This document shows positions 61,801-64,000 of a DNA stretch of 64,000 nucleotides, piece by piece; the stretch's first letter is position 1; every line of letters begins with the position of its first letter. Source of the stretch: Okamejei kenojei (taxonomy: Eukaryota); the NCBI GenBank assembly GCA_035221665.1, contig CM069161.1, positions 5,022,001 to 5,086,000 on the forward strand, in the 5' to 3' direction. Both the position numbers and the translations under genes were made by a program. The notes under the pieces were generated by a model, which had not been told where the DNA came from, did not search any database, and saw only the letters and a list, made by a program, of their open reading frames with translations.

Positions 61801-63277
61801 TGAAGTCAATGTCCTGTTATTGTACAAACTTGGTAAATTTGTGTCTGTACATAATGGATTTCCCCCCCCCCCCCAATGATGATATATGCACGTTGCTGCC
61901 ACTTATTGTCCATGACTCAATGTCCTGGCAGGTGCTGCTGAGTCGTCATCTTCATCAGTTGCATTTACTCTGGAACCTTTACGTAACACTCTGTTAAGCG
62001 ATGTCAAGAGCAGTGCCCCTCGTTCCTTGTCTCTGGAATTTAGCTCTTTTTTCTAGACTTGATCAAGTCTATGGTGGAATGTGGACCTGAAAATCCTGTC
62101 ACAGCCCAAACTGAGCATTGATGGGGGCGTTATTGATGAGGGACCATTGACAGCACTTCTGTTGCTTTGCCAACAATAGAAACTAGACCAATAGAGTAAT
62201 AATTTATTAGATTTGATTTATCCAATTCTTTTTTTCCCCACACTAGGCACTTCCCACATTATTGAATGCAGTTGTTGTGGTTCTGCTGGAACTAACAAAG
62301 GATTGTAATGAAGTTAGATGCAAAATGAAATGCTAAAATCAACAAACAAAGACTCCAAATCGTTCTCAAAGGAAGCAATGTATGTTGGTGTCTTTGGGTT
62401 ATTCTACAGTTGAGAATGTTGCATTAACTTCTAAAATGTTAGCAAATAAGTTAAACTCATGAGGGATTGTGAAAAATTACAATTTAATTGCTTCAGATGC
62501 GGGGCAGATTAATATGAATTTTTATATAACAAAATAACTTGCAGCTGCTCAACTGTGTATCATTCCTTGACAAAATATATCCTCAAACAGAAGTTCTTTT
62601 TGTAACATACGAAAACCTATACCCAATATTCTTCTATGAAATTGTCTGTGATACTTCTTGCCAGATGGGATTACAAAATGATTCCCATTTATGGCAGTGT
62701 TGGTTTAACATTTATAACTTTAATGTTGACCTTGTCCTTCATGTTTCACTTTCAAAAATAAATAAGATCTGGTTGGAAATGAATTGTGCCCTATTCTCCT
62801 AAAATAGATTGAATTAGTGTGCAAATAAACTGAACTGATTTTAAAATAGGAATTTTAATAATTTCAGCTGCGGCTTGAGGTGCCTCCGATTCCTCTGTGA
62901 CTTTGAAAATCATTAAATTTATCATAAGAAAAAGTAAGAAATGCGGCTCATCACGACTGGAAAAGCAGTGACGCCAGTATCTAGAACATTGCCTTTTTTG
63001 TCATTGCCACTTAAGTTTAGACTTTCTTTAATGGGAATCAGATCTCATTATTGAATGCAATTGTTGCTTCCCTCTGAGATCAAAGATCCAAAGTGTTTAA
63101 TGCAGCAAATACGATATGAAGGCAAATTAAGACGAGCGTCGGCTTTTACTAGAATGATTCCATTGCAAATTTCACAGAAGAAAATTGGAACTGAGGTGAT
63201 GTGATCTGGAATCACTGCGGTCCAAGTCAAAGTGAGTGGTATACTGAGCAAAGTTATTTATATCCAACTTGTCCATT

Positions 63278-63600
63278 ACAGAACATGGAACACAGGAACA
63301 TAATACTGCTCGGGAAAAGGCCTTTTGCCCCACAATGTCCGTGCAAAACAATGTTCTCATCTCCGCTGTCTGCACATAATCCGTATCCCTCCATTCTCTG
63401 AATATCCATGTGCCTATCAAAAGGCCTCTTAAATGCCATTGTCATGTCTGTCTCCATGGCAGCACATTCCAGGCACCCATCACTTTACATTTTTAAACTA
63501 AACCTGCACCTTATTTCCATTAAACATTGCCCCTCTCCCCTGAAAGCAATGCCCTCCAGTCTAGGACCTTTACAATCTGGGGAAACGGTTGGTGAGATAA
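63278..63600 (-). mobile_element. CR1 3' fragment
   Basis: Reverse tail gaacatggaacacaggaacataatact...ggccttttgccccacaatgtccgtgc...atatccatgtgcctatcaaaaggcctcttaaatgcc. Confidence 0.8.
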
Positions 63601-64000
63601 TTTAATGGTCTAACTTTCCCATTCGTAGAATCAAAAAGTTATGACACTGAGGGTCGGAGTTTATTGTTTCAAAGGTAGTGAAAAATGCTCTACTTAATCC
63701 CAGCTCTGGACGGTCCCGTTGCAGGTTGTGAATCCATAAGAGGCCATGCATTATAATGATTGTATACCATGACTGGTCGCAAAGCCTGTGTAGCATGTTG
63801 CCAAAGACAAAAGATGCTCACGGATCTGATGAACACATCTTATTTTAGATAAAGTGCAGACAGAAGTTTGCATTCTTCAGCCAGTCAACAGTAGTGACTT
63901 TGAGAGACTCCTCTACAAGTCTACAACCCAAAACATGAGGCGTCATTCTTTCCACAGTGCTACCTGATCTGTTTAGTTTTCTGTTCTTTCGAAAGAGGTA

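Noticed and set aside
1-64000. CRISPR arrays, operons or other prokaryotic systems
   Set aside because: The sequence is vertebrate repeat-rich DNA with no regularly spaced direct-repeat arrays or gene-dense regions.

Overview
Non-coding, repeat-dense (roughly 40% GC by eye) vertebrate DNA. The repeat content (HE1-type V-SINEs, HER1/CR1 LINEs, SacSINE1-like DeuSINEs, Penelope pLTR derivatives) points to a cartilaginous fish, probably a skate or ray (inference). No host protein-coding exon could be recognised. Every recognisable ORF in the track comes from a transposon: hAT, DIRS tyrosine recombinase, CR1, L2, Rex1/Babar, a Crack/Daphne-like LINE, or Penelope GIY-YIG. A CpG-rich island at ~21.4-22.5 kb is a candidate host promoter/first exon. 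The most notable signal is a ~130-140 bp SINE-like retroposon present in two copies (10557-10694 minus, 41862-41988 plus). Each has a target-site duplication and an (AAG)n tail. It has no tRNA-like head; it starts exactly at G1 of a compact (~54 nt) HDV/CPEB3-type double-pseudoknot ribozyme fold. The window also holds minimal hammerhead ribozyme motifs in Penelope pLTRs and in short fold-back derivatives with 14-20 bp TSDs, a DIRS1-like element with near-perfect termini/ICR but destroyed coding regions, and an unclassified ~1.1 kb TIR element. All alignments and family assignments were done by eye, so coordinates of old repeats are approximate.
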